From an uncultured bacterium (GTDB lineage: Bacteria; Patescibacteriota; Minisyncoccia; CAIUEV01): a stretch of 64,000 nucleotides of DNA. The position numbers and the translations under genes were made by a program. This document shows positions 1 to 10,032 of the stretch, piece by piece (within the stretch, counting starts at the first letter, position 1; every line of letters begins with the position of its first letter). The notes under the pieces are model-generated. The model searched no databases, was not told where the DNA came from, and saw only the letters and a program-made list of their open reading frames with translations. Location: contig CALFZX010000016.1 of assembly GCA_937952315.1 (NCBI GenBank), positions 78,969 to 142,968 of the forward strand. The letters run 5' to 3'.

Positions 1-1310
1 ATTTGAGCGAACTGTAAATAGAGATTGCGATCAAACTGGTTCATAAATTCTGGGTCAAGGCCAACAATGTAGTAATTTTTTCTATTCAAATAAAAGTATA
101 GAGGAAAAACATCCCAGTCATCTGCAAAAATGATGTCTCCCGCATTTGAATTCTTCTTAATATAATCATGCGCTTTGGCGGCTAAATTTACCTCGAAATC
201 GGAAGTGGTGTCGTTGAAGGCCGTTTGCCATTGATTTTTGGCATAAATAAAGGAAAAGATTGTGAAAGCCAGAAAGCAGAAAAAGACGAAGGCGGATTTA
301 TGCAAACTTTTGATCCAGATTTTCAGACTCGGTCCGATCAGAATTATTCCGCTCAGTGAAGCCCAGAGGGGCCAGTATTCAATGAACCGTTTTGATTTGA
401 GTTGCGCTACGAGCAGAAAGGCGCTGTAAATTAAAATTGACAGATTTATCGGTCCGATCTTTTTGCCTCTTATCAGTGCGGTAGCAATTCCCAGCCCCCA
501 AATAAAAAGAGGAACAATGCACATACTAAACCAAAACCAAGTGTCGTACGGACGCCATTCGCCACCAACATATTCTTTCGCCTGCAGACCGGTTTTCCAA
601 ACTTGGACAATAAAAAGGTTTATGTTGGTTGGAAAATAAGGATTGACGATTAAAGAGAGAAGAGTTCCTAAAATAGGGTAAAAAAATATTTTTCGATCAA
701 TTTTGCCAGAGGTAATAAAATTTGAAAAAGAATATATCACCGTCAAACCTATTAAAAATAAAAATCCGCCCCCCATATAAAGCCAGCCGTAGCAAAAAGA
801 AGCTAAAATTAGGGATTTATATTTTTTGTGAATCATCAAATAAAGAACTAGAAGGAGGAATAAAAGTGACGGGGCGGGATTTCGAATAAAAGCTAGGCGA
901 AAATAAAAATCGGATGGAAGAAGAAAAAAAAGTAGAGCGGTTGAAATCAATGCAGTTTTTTTGGAAAAAAATTTGAGAATGTGAAAGACTAAGAAAAAAA
1001 TACCGCCGGCGCATAGCGCGATAAAAATTTTCGGCCCGATAACATTTCCAAAAATGAGAATAAAGGGAATAAGGAATAGATGAAAAAGCAGATGAGACTC
1101 AACAAAATTTTGATTTAATACGGTGAAATAAAGATGGGGAAATTCAAAAGGCAAGCCGTTATTCCAAATTTCTTCTGCCATGCCAATATGATAATAGCTG
1201 TCATAGCCGGAAAAATAAGGATTATTTGGATTAAATTCTAAAAAAAGAAAAACCAAAAATGGAACAGTAAAGGCTAACAGGGGCTCGATTATTTTTTTAA
1301 AATTGATCAT
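1..1310 (-). CDS. Polytopic membrane protein, possibly a GT-C-fold glycosyltransferase (ArnT/PMT/YkcB-like). C-terminus is cut by the window edge.
   Basis: My own translation from the ATG at 1310 (minus strand) reads open for about 436 codons to the window edge, so it is absent from the ORF track. The protein is very hydrophobic with many predicted TM helices. The N-terminus MINFKKIIEPLLAFTVPFLVFLFLEFNPNNPYFSGYDSYYHIGMAEEIW resembles the first loop of GT-C enzymes. It lies tandem with a similar polytopic protein at 1336..2526. Confidence 0.4.
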   Translation of the reverse strand, partial: MINFKKIIEPLLAFTVPFLVFLFLEFNPNNPYFSGYDSYYHIGMAEEIWNNGLPFEFPHLYFTVLNQNFVESHLLFHLFLIPFILIFGNVIGPKIFIALCAGGIFFLVFHILKFFSKKTALISTALLFFLLPSDFYFRLAFIRNPAPSLLFLLLVLYLMIHKKYKSLILASFCYGWLYMGGGFLFLIGLTVIYSFSNFITSGKIDRKIFFYPILGTLLSLIVNPYFPTNINLFIVQVWKTGLQAKEYVGGEWRPYDTWFWFSMCIVPLFIWGLGIATALIRGKKIGPINLSILIYSAFLLVAQLKSKRFIEYWPLWASLSGIILIGPSLKIWIKSLHKSAFVFFCFLAFTIFSFIYAKNQWQTAFNDTTSDFEVNLAAKAHDYIKKNSNAGDIIFADDWDVFPLYFYLNRKNYYIVGLDPEFMNQFDRNLYLQFAQ

Positions 1311-1335
1311 TTTTAGTTTTTATAATGTTTAAATT

Positions 1336-2526
1336 TTATCCGACCCAATACCAATTAAAGGATTGGAGGGCGAAAATACTTAAAAATAAAATGGAAATTA
1401 AGCTGATCAGCCAACCGATCAGCGGTTTTTTGCGACTTAAAATTCCCAGCAGTATAAAATGAGGAAACGAAACGGACAAATATCTGGTTAACGACATAGT
1501 CTGGCCGGAGAGCTGAGGCAGAAGAATAATGGCCAAAGAGTAAAAAAAATAAGAAACTCTAATTTTAGAGTAACAAGCAATGAGTGAAAGTAGAAATATA
1601 AGCCCGAAAAGAAAATCAATTTTTGAATTGTGAAAACCGTGTAGGGGGAGATCCCAAAAGCGGTAGAAACGATCACTCAGCAAGTGGATAAAGTTGACCG
1701 GGCTTATGCTATCTCTGCCCCACCATTCGAGCGCCTCAAAATAGGCGAAAAAATTTCCGGTGATGAAAAAAAGAAAAAGAAAATAAGCAAAAGTGCCGAG
1801 AGGAGCGCCGATTGGCGTGATCAGGGTTCGATAATTTTTCTTTAAAAAAATCTTCCAATCCTTAAAACCGAACTCTCTAAAAAACATTAAATATTCTATG
1901 ACGAAGGGTATGGCGAGTAAAATACCATTTGGTCGACATATCCCTCCCAGAAAAGCGACAATAAAGGCAAACCACCATTTTCTTTTTCTTAAAAAATAGA
2001 ACATTGTTACTGACAGTAAAAAAAACAGACTTTCCGTGTAGACGGCTAAGAAAAAGAAGGCGGTCGGGTAGATGAGAAAAAATTTCACTGATTCAAAGGC
2101 GGTTTTACTGTCCCAATCGAGTCTAACGAGGCGGTAGAAAATCAGGGTTCCGGCTAAATGGGCAAAGAAGCTGATCAACAGTCCGGCTATCGTGTAGTCT
2201 CTACCGGTGTAAAAGGAAAAAATACTTATCAGGGCGGGGTAGAGGGGGAAGAACGCGCGTACTTTTTCGTCGAAATAGCCCATATTTTCGTAGCCGAAAT
2301 AGGCCAAGTTTAGATAATGGGGGCTGTCGTAAGGGGAAAGACCTTTTTCCCATTTCTCCTGGTTCTGTCCAAGAAAATGATCGCTATTGTTCTCGTAGTC
2401 CCATTGGCTGAAGGGTAGAAAATCGTAGCAACAAAGAATAAATAACAACAAAATCAGTTTAAACCCAAGAAACAAGAAAATAACGGATCCGCTTTTATTT
2501 TTACGCATAAGATTTTGATTAAACAT
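1336..2526 (-). CDS. Polytopic integral membrane protein, possibly a GT-C-type glycosyltransferase.
   Basis: 396-aa ORF with 10 or more hydrophobic segments. It abuts mutM with zero gap and is co-oriented with dnaG-mutM. No diagnostic catalytic motif could be confirmed by eye. Confidence 0.45.
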   Translation of the reverse strand: MFNQNLMRKNKSGSVIFLFLGFKLILLLFILCCYDFLPFSQWDYENNSDHFLGQNQEKWEKGLSPYDSPHYLNLAYFGYENMGYFDEKVRAFFPLYPALISIFSFYTGRDYTIAGLLISFFAHLAGTLIFYRLVRLDWDSKTAFESVKFFLIYPTAFFFLAVYTESLFFLLSVTMFYFLRKRKWWFAFIVAFLGGICRPNGILLAIPFVIEYLMFFREFGFKDWKIFLKKNYRTLITPIGAPLGTFAYFLFLFFITGNFFAYFEALEWWGRDSISPVNFIHLLSDRFYRFWDLPLHGFHNSKIDFLFGLIFLLSLIACYSKIRVSYFFYSLAIILLPQLSGQTMSLTRYLSVSFPHFILLGILSRKKPLIGWLISLISILFLSIFALQSFNWYWVG

Positions 2527-3423
2527 TCATTTTTGGCAACGAGGACAGTAGAAAGTAGATCTTTGCCCCTGCTTAAAAGCACTTATAATCTCTCCGCAAT
2601 TGGGGCATTTTTCCCCTTTGCGTTGATAAACTTTTCGAAATCGGCCGAATTCGCCCCTAAGGCCGTCGGTGTCGCGAAAATCACTGATGCTGGTCCCTCG
2701 GTGCTTGATTGCTTCTGTTAAAACTGCTCGGGTTTTGGATAGAATTTTCTGCAACTCCGCTTCGGTTAGTTTGGAGACTTTTTTCCGAGGATTGATTTTG
2801 GCCTCAAAAAGGATTTCGCTGGCGTAAATATTGCCAATACCACTAATGTTTTCCTGATCGAGAAGAAAAACCTTGACTTCCTTGTTTATGTTTTTTTTCT
2901 TTTTAGTACTTTCTATCAATTTTTCAAGATTAAAATCCGGTCCCATTGGCTCCGGACCGAGTTTTTTGTATTCTGTCCGCTCGAGCGTTTCGTCAATCCC
3001 GCAATCGTAGAAGCGGATTCGACCGAATTTACGAAGATCTGAGAAAGCCAGTTCTTTTTTAGGGCCAAAAAGAAAACGAAAATGGATATATTGATTGACT
3101 TTTTCTCTGAAAGGCCTTTTTGCGTCTTCTTTAACAATTTTGCTTGCTTCAAGGTCGAAATAATTGGTAGAACGCCAGAGTAAATGCCCCGTCATTTTAA
3201 GATGAATCACTACGGTGATGTCGGTTTCTAATTCAATAAAAATATTCTTGCCTCTTCTGGCTACTCGACCGACTTTTTTCCCGATTACGGCTCGACGGAA
3301 TTTTTTCAGTTCAATATTTTTAAGTATTTTTGGCCAATCGGTCCAAACGCCTGTAATTTTTTTGTTGACAATTTTTTTTTGCAAATCGGAAACAACGGTT
3401 TCCACTTCGGGCAGTTCCGGCAT
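2527..3423 (-). CDS. mutM: Formamidopyrimidine-DNA glycosylase (Fpg/MutM).
   Basis: N-terminus MPELPEVE has the catalytic Pro2 and Glu3. The C-terminal zinc finger is CPNCGEIISAFKQGQRSTFYCPRCQ. The length of 298 aa fits. Confidence 0.9.
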   Translation of the reverse strand: MPELPEVETVVSDLQKKIVNKKITGVWTDWPKILKNIELKKFRRAVIGKKVGRVARRGKNIFIELETDITVVIHLKMTGHLLWRSTNYFDLEASKIVKEDAKRPFREKVNQYIHFRFLFGPKKELAFSDLRKFGRIRFYDCGIDETLERTEYKKLGPEPMGPDFNLEKLIESTKKKKNINKEVKVFLLDQENISGIGNIYASEILFEAKINPRKKVSKLTEAELQKILSKTRAVLTEAIKHRGTSISDFRDTDGLRGEFGRFRKVYQRKGEKCPNCGEIISAFKQGQRSTFYCPRCQK

Positions 3424-3428
3424 ATCTT

Positions 3429-5240
3429 TTAAGTTACTATTTTAGAGGAAACGATTTTAAGCTGTTCAAAAAGTTTATTTAATTCCGTCTGATCATTTTT
3501 TGCTTGAGCCTTTTTTATTTCTTTTAAGATCTCGTTTTTTCTTTGAAGAAGCATTTCTCGACCTAGCAACTTTAAATTAGCATCAAATTCCTTTTCGAGC
3601 GTCTCCGGGTTATCAAAAAAATCTTCTCCCAGCTCATTTTCCAAGGTCAGGAAAATTTCTTTAGCCTTCAGAGAAGAAGCTCGATCGGAAAAAATTATGG
3701 CATCGCTTGTTAAATTTACTCCCTCGCTTTCCGTGAAGCCGGAAAGAAAAATTTTAATTTCCTCAAGCAGGCGAGCGTGCTCCGGATTTTCAAAATCAAG
3801 ACTTTCTATTTTTTCAAAATGAGAAAAGAAAAGGCGAGGAAAAGCGTAAATAAAGCCAATAATTCTTTTTTCCAACAGGTCCTGACGATTTTGTTTCGGG
3901 GAATTCGAAATATTTTCATCCTTTTTTTGCCAGCGATTATTGTATTTTTCCTTTTCCATAATGCGATTTATTTTCTCCCAAAGATGATTTTCCGGCACAT
4001 CGACCTCCTCGGCCAGTTTTTTTAAGTAGTGGGATTGCTCAACCGTTGAGGGGATGCCGGCTATCAATTTTAACAATTTTTCAGTTAAAATTTTTTTCTG
4101 ATCCAGGGTGAGTTTCCTATTTTTAAAGGAAAGATCGTAGAAATAGCCGACGACGCTTTTTCTTTGACGACTTTTCTTAATCCAAATATCCGCTTTTTTA
4201 GCGACCAAGTCAGCAACATCTTTTCCTTTTTCAATGGCGATAACCTTAACATCGAATTCCTCTTTCCAGGCGAGTTCCGCCGCCCTTTTCGTTGCTTTAA
4301 CGCCGGCCATATCGGCATCAAAGGCCAGGATTATTTTATCAATGTATCTTCTCAAAAATTTAAGCTGTTTTTCTCCGAGAGCGGTGCCACAGGTAGCTAC
4401 CGCTTGCTTTATTCCCGCTTGATGGCTCAAAACTACATCCAGGTTACCTTCTAACAAGATTACTTCGCTCGATTCCCGGATAGCTTTTTTCGCTTGAAAA
4501 AAACCGTATAACAAGGAGCCCTTATCGTAATGCTCCGTTTGAGGAGTGTTTATGTATTTACCTTGATCACTCTGGTCGCCTGGTAACACTCGAGCGGAAA
4601 ATCCGACTATCCGACCGAGACTATCGGTAATTGGAAAGATTAAACGATTACGAAAGCGATCGATATAGATATTTTGATTGTCCTTTTTATAAACGCTTCC
4701 GCTGGCGAGAATTTCCTTTTCGGTGAAACCGTTCTGCTTAAGAAAATCAAAAAGGGCGGTGAAAGTGTTGGGAGCATAGCCTAAACGAAAAATTTTGCGA
4801 CTTTCATTGTTCACTCCTCGATCAGCAAGATATTTCATTGCCGTTTCTCCTTCTTTTTCTAATAATTTTTGTTCAAAAAAAGAGGCGGTTTTTTCCAATA
4901 TTTGTCGAACTATTTCTCTTTGGCTAACATCTTTGGGGTTGAAACCGGCTTTTTGCCAAATCCGATAGTCTATTCCCGCTTTCTCCGCCAAAATTTTTAA
5001 TGCCTCTTTGAACTCCAGCCCTTCAATCTCTTGCATAAAGGTTATTACATCTCCTCCTTTAGAACAGCCGAAACAGTGAAATATTTGCTTCTCCCGACTT
5101 ACCATAAAAGAAGGCGTTTTCTCTCGATGAAAAGGACAAAGCCCCTTAAAATTACTGCCGGCCGGCATTATTTTAACATATCCGCCGATTACTTCGACAA
5201 TATCGTTTTTCGCTTTTATTTCGTCGATCAGAGAGCCCAT
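3429..5240 (-). CDS. dnaG: DNA primase DnaG.
   Basis: CHC2 zinc finger CPFHREKTPSF...HCFGCSKGGDVITF. A TOPRIM region (EGNLDVVLSHQAG...AFDADMAG) follows. Length 603 aa. Confidence 0.9.
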   Translation of the reverse strand: MGSLIDEIKAKNDIVEVIGGYVKIMPAGSNFKGLCPFHREKTPSFMVSREKQIFHCFGCSKGGDVITFMQEIEGLEFKEALKILAEKAGIDYRIWQKAGFNPKDVSQREIVRQILEKTASFFEQKLLEKEGETAMKYLADRGVNNESRKIFRLGYAPNTFTALFDFLKQNGFTEKEILASGSVYKKDNQNIYIDRFRNRLIFPITDSLGRIVGFSARVLPGDQSDQGKYINTPQTEHYDKGSLLYGFFQAKKAIRESSEVILLEGNLDVVLSHQAGIKQAVATCGTALGEKQLKFLRRYIDKIILAFDADMAGVKATKRAAELAWKEEFDVKVIAIEKGKDVADLVAKKADIWIKKSRQRKSVVGYFYDLSFKNRKLTLDQKKILTEKLLKLIAGIPSTVEQSHYLKKLAEEVDVPENHLWEKINRIMEKEKYNNRWQKKDENISNSPKQNRQDLLEKRIIGFIYAFPRLFFSHFEKIESLDFENPEHARLLEEIKIFLSGFTESEGVNLTSDAIIFSDRASSLKAKEIFLTLENELGEDFFDNPETLEKEFDANLKLLGREMLLQRKNEILKEIKKAQAKNDQTELNKLFEQLKIVSSKIVT

Positions 5241-5319
5241 TTCAAAGCTTTAATTAAAGTTAGAGTAGTTTCTCCTATTTATATCCTTTCTTATCTTTGT
5301 TGTAAAATGAAAAATAATT

Positions 5320-5346
5320 TTGGCACTCAAACTTGACGAGTGCTAA
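5320..5346. promoter_or_regulatory. CIRCE operator (HrcA binding site) upstream of groEL.
   Basis: TTGGCACTC-aaacttgac-GAGTGCTAA matches the CIRCE consensus TTAGCACTC-N9-GAGTGCTAA at 17 of 18 positions. It sits 56 nt upstream of the groEL ATG. Confidence 0.85.
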
Positions 5347-5362
5347 AATTATTGTATCATAA

Positions 5363-7045
<1,683 letters not shown>

Positions 7046-7064
7046 AATTTGATTATACAGTTAG

Positions 7065-7101
7065 AAAAAAAACGAGATGATTCTTATTCGTCTCGTTTTT
7101 T
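7065..7101. terminator. Bidirectional rho-independent terminator between groEL (+) and ddl (-).
   Basis: An A-tract, then stem ACGAGA (7072-7077), loop tgattcttattcg, stem TCTCGT (7091-7096), then a T-tract. It can serve both convergent genes. Confidence 0.6.
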
Positions 7102-8154
7102 TTATTTTTCTTGCGCTAATCTTATCAATGTGTCGATTAGTTGGGCATAAGAAATTCCGCTTTCTTGCCAAAGTTTCGGATACATGCTTATCGAAGTAAA
7201 GCCGGGGATGGTGTTTATCTCATTAACTAAAATTTTGTTATTTTTAGTGAGAAAAAAATCGACTCTTCCCATTCCGCGACAACATAAAACCTGAAAAACT
7301 TTGATGGCGATAGCTTGAATTTTTTTTTCGATGGCCGGCGCTATTTTGGCCGGAATAATTAAATCGGCCCCGCTTTTGTCCAGATACTTGGCTTTGTATG
7401 AATAAAAATTGTGTTTGGGAACAATTTCTCCCAATCGGGAAGCTTGCGGAAAATCGTTGCCAAGAATAGCACACTCGATTTCTCGGCCCTCAATTCCCTG
7501 CTCGATTATAACCTTGGAGTCATAGCGAAAAGCGCTTTTTATTGCTGGCATAAATTCTTTTTCATTCTCTACTTTGCTAATCCCCACTGATGATCCAAGG
7601 TTCGCCGGCTTAACAAAAAAAGGCAATCCCAAAGTTTTTTTGAGGTTTTTAAACCGAATTGAGTTTTTTTCAGATTTTTGAAAGACAACAAAATTCGGAA
7701 CTTGAAGACCTGCGTCTCTGAGCAGTCTTTTCATTATATCTTTGTCCATCCCGACGGCGGAGCCAACCACTCCCGCCCCTACGAACGGAACATTGAAAAA
7801 ATGCAGGAGACCTTGAATGGTTCCGTCTTCCCCAAACGGTCCGTGCAGAATGGGAAAAACCAAGTCGATTTGAGCTCTAATCTTTTTTCCCCGAATAAAG
7901 AATTTTTTATTTTCAAAAAAAGGAGAGACGAACTCGTTTATTTTCGTAAGAGAGAAATTTTTCTTGATAAAATCTTTTTCCGTAACCGAGACCCAGGAGC
8001 CGTTTTTCTTGATGCCGACAAGTAAAATTTGATATTTGCGCTTATTGATGGCGGGAAAAACATTCTGAGCCGAGATGATGGAGACTTCGTGTTCCGCCGA
8101 TCTTCCGCCGAAAAACAAAGCTATTTTAAGCCTTTTATTTTTTCTTGTGGCCAT
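7102..8154 (-). CDS. ddl: D-alanine--D-alanine ligase.
   Basis: N-terminus KIALFFGGRSAEHEVSIISA. An ATP-grasp region (EIVPKHNFYSYKAKYLD) retains the omega-loop Tyr typical of D-Ala-D-Ala (not D-Ala-D-Lac) ligases. 350 aa. Confidence 0.85.
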   Translation of the reverse strand: MATRKNKRLKIALFFGGRSAEHEVSIISAQNVFPAINKRKYQILLVGIKKNGSWVSVTEKDFIKKNFSLTKINEFVSPFFENKKFFIRGKKIRAQIDLVFPILHGPFGEDGTIQGLLHFFNVPFVGAGVVGSAVGMDKDIMKRLLRDAGLQVPNFVVFQKSEKNSIRFKNLKKTLGLPFFVKPANLGSSVGISKVENEKEFMPAIKSAFRYDSKVIIEQGIEGREIECAILGNDFPQASRLGEIVPKHNFYSYKAKYLDKSGADLIIPAKIAPAIEKKIQAIAIKVFQVLCCRGMGRVDFFLTKNNKILVNEINTIPGFTSISMYPKLWQESGISYAQLIDTLIRLAQEK

Positions 8155-8246
8155 GGAAATGCAATTAGAATTATTTGAAACAATTTTAACAAATAATTAA
8201 AAAAAGAAAAAAGAGACTCCGAAGAATCTCTCAGGGATGAAATCAT

Positions 8247-8585
8247 TTAATTGAATCTCAAAATCATAAATTTTTCATTTTTGTAACGATTGATTATTGC
8301 TTCTTGCTTTTTTCTGTCATCGGTGTAGAAAGCCCCGCATTGTGTGTTTCGACAAATATCCGGTCGGTTGGCATAATCAAGACAAAGGCCATTTTTTGAA
8401 TCAAAATTTAGACAACGAAAAGTTCGCAAACGAACCGCGTCAGGGTTGCTCTCCGGAATATAAATCTCTCCCGTTTCCACGAAGGGCCGACCGATTTTTT
8501 CCAGTTCGAGCAATGCATAGCCTCTGATTTTAACCGGACTGCAACAATCGCTACATTTGTGTTCTAGACAAACATTTTTTTCCAT
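8247..8585 (-). CDS. Small Cys-rich protein, YkgJ/UPF0153-like zinc/iron-chelating domain.
   Basis: A C-x4-C-x2-CC cluster (CLEHKCSDCC) near the N-terminus, with further Cys at 58, 68, 78 and 83. A canonical AGGAGG Shine-Dalgarno site lies 5 nt upstream, which is rare in this window. Confidence 0.4.
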   Translation of the reverse strand: MEKNVCLEHKCSDCCSPVKIRGYALLELEKIGRPFVETGEIYIPESNPDAVRLRTFRCLNFDSKNGLCLDYANRPDICRNTQCGAFYTDDRKKQEAIINRYKNEKFMILRFN

Positions 8586-8741
8586 AGAACCTCCTTTTGG
8601 ACTAAAGAGCTTTTTGCCAAATTAACACAGATTAAGCCAAAAAGCAACAATTTTCTTGTTTTTTTAAAAAAAATGAGCATAAAATAATTTGGTCGATCAA
8701 GAAAGCTCTTTAAAAAATTCAATATAAGATTAGGAGGCCCA

Positions 8742-9527
8742 ATGAATTTAGTTGAAAAACTAAAAAAAATGCCGATCAGAAGATTCGATTTTGATTATGA
8801 TTGGTATAAAGAGAACAAAAATTCGGGATTCCGAATGGCCAGAAGAATTTTTGTTCAAAAATTTCATCCAAAATGTCGAGAGGGGCTGATCAGCTGTTCC
8901 TCCCTGGGAATCATGAGTTTGAACTATTACAGTGAGGGACGCGGACGAAAAATTATTCACAATTCCGGTCGAAACAAAAAGAACGGTCTGGCTTTTGAAG
9001 ACAATGTTTTTTTGAGACAGAGCCTGGCTTTCGATCTCAAACTTATAGACTACCGGCTCAAACCTTTCGGTCTTAGACTTTTTATTTTAAGCGGATATCG
9101 AGATATTCGTTTGCAAAGACTGGCGATTGAAGGTTTGTCAAAGCAAAAAAGAAGAAAAAATGCCAGGCCGGTAACCGAGTTACTTTCTAATCCGGAGAAT
9201 TACTCTCCTCACACAACCGGTGGCGCAATCGATTGTGAGATTTGGGATGAAAAGAAGAAAAAATTACTTCTCACCAAGCTGGACGATAGAGAAAAAATAG
9301 ATCTTTTTTGGCTTGAAGATAAAAAGAATTTGAGTCAAAAAGAGGAAGAAGTCAAATTAAATCGTCGATTGTTGCATAATATTTTGGTTAGTGAGGAAAT
9401 TTTGGGTCAAAACCATTTTATCCATCACCCTTCCGAATACTGGCATTACGGTCGGCATGAAAGATTGGCCTCTTTTTTCTCGGGAGGTGGCCATCCTGCT
9501 TATTACGATGTGTTGAATCTTGATTGA
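8742..9527 (+). CDS. D-Ala-D-Ala dipeptidase, VanX/DdpX family (peptidase M15D).
   Basis: Motifs SGYRD, SPHTTGGAIDCEI (the SxHxxGxAxD zinc ligands) and EYWHY (the ExWH motif). An AGGAGG Shine-Dalgarno site lies 6 nt upstream. Confidence 0.7.
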   Translation: MNLVEKLKKMPIRRFDFDYDWYKENKNSGFRMARRIFVQKFHPKCREGLISCSSLGIMSLNYYSEGRGRKIIHNSGRNKKNGLAFEDNVFLRQSLAFDLKLIDYRLKPFGLRLFILSGYRDIRLQRLAIEGLSKQKRRKNARPVTELLSNPENYSPHTTGGAIDCEIWDEKKKKLLLTKLDDREKIDLFWLEDKKNLSQKEEEVKLNRRLLHNILVSEEILGQNHFIHHPSEYWHYGRHERLASFFSGGGHPAYYDVLNLD

Positions 9528-9632
9528 CGATTAAGCCCCACTCTTAGGAGTGAGGCTTTTTTCTTTTAATTCATTTTTTATGTTACTATAAAAAACATAG
9601 AAATTATTTTATTTTTAATTTTTTTTCAGATC

Positions 9633-10028
9633 ATGGTCTCTCTATTTAAAAAAAATTTTCGTTATTTACGATCAAGCCTTAATTTTGCCGTTAGAGGGAT
9701 AAAATACGCGTGGAAAACGGAGCAGAATTTTCGTTGGGAGCTTTTTGTCGCCGTTTTAGTTATTTTTTGCTCCGTCGCTTTGCCCCTGAGACCGATTGAA
9801 CAGTTGCTTGTCTGGTTGTTGGTAGTTTGGGTTCTGACGCTCGAAATAATCAATACCGTGCTGGAAAGAATGATCGATATCATCAAGCCTAAAAAGCATC
9901 CCTATGTTGGAGCAATAAAGGATTTAATGGCTGGTGCGGTGCTTGTCTCGGCCGTCGGTTCCGCTATCATCGGAATGATTCTTTTTTTTCCCTATTTTGA
10001 AAATTTGATTTTATCTATTATAAATTAG
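9633..10028 (+). CDS. Diacylglycerol/undecaprenol kinase family membrane protein (DgkA-like).
   Basis: 131 aa with 3 TM segments. The LEIINTVLE motif matches the DgkA E-x-x-N-T-A-x-E signature. Confidence 0.65.
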   Translation: MVSLFKKNFRYLRSSLNFAVRGIKYAWKTEQNFRWELFVAVLVIFCSVALPLRPIEQLLVWLLVVWVLTLEIINTVLERMIDIIKPKKHPYVGAIKDLMAGAVLVSAVGSAIIGMILFFPYFENLILSIIN

Positions 10029-10032
10029 CCCT

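Noticed and set aside
2527-2529. TGA recoding (genetic code 25, as in some CPR lineages).
   Set aside because: Well-conserved genes such as mutM and hydA terminate at in-frame TGA at the expected protein end. Standard code 11 fits.
5031-5336. 101-aa plus-strand ORF just upstream of groEL, considered as a possible groES.
   Set aside because: It overlaps the 5' end of dnaG on the opposite strand and has no GroES-like sequence (no mobile-loop or beta-barrel motifs). It is an antisense artefact.
8155-8246. Searched for a vanH/vanR-like regulator or a D-Lac dehydrogenase between ddl and the YkgJ-like gene.
   Set aside because: The gap is only about 90 nt of non-coding AT-rich sequence. No such gene is present in the window.
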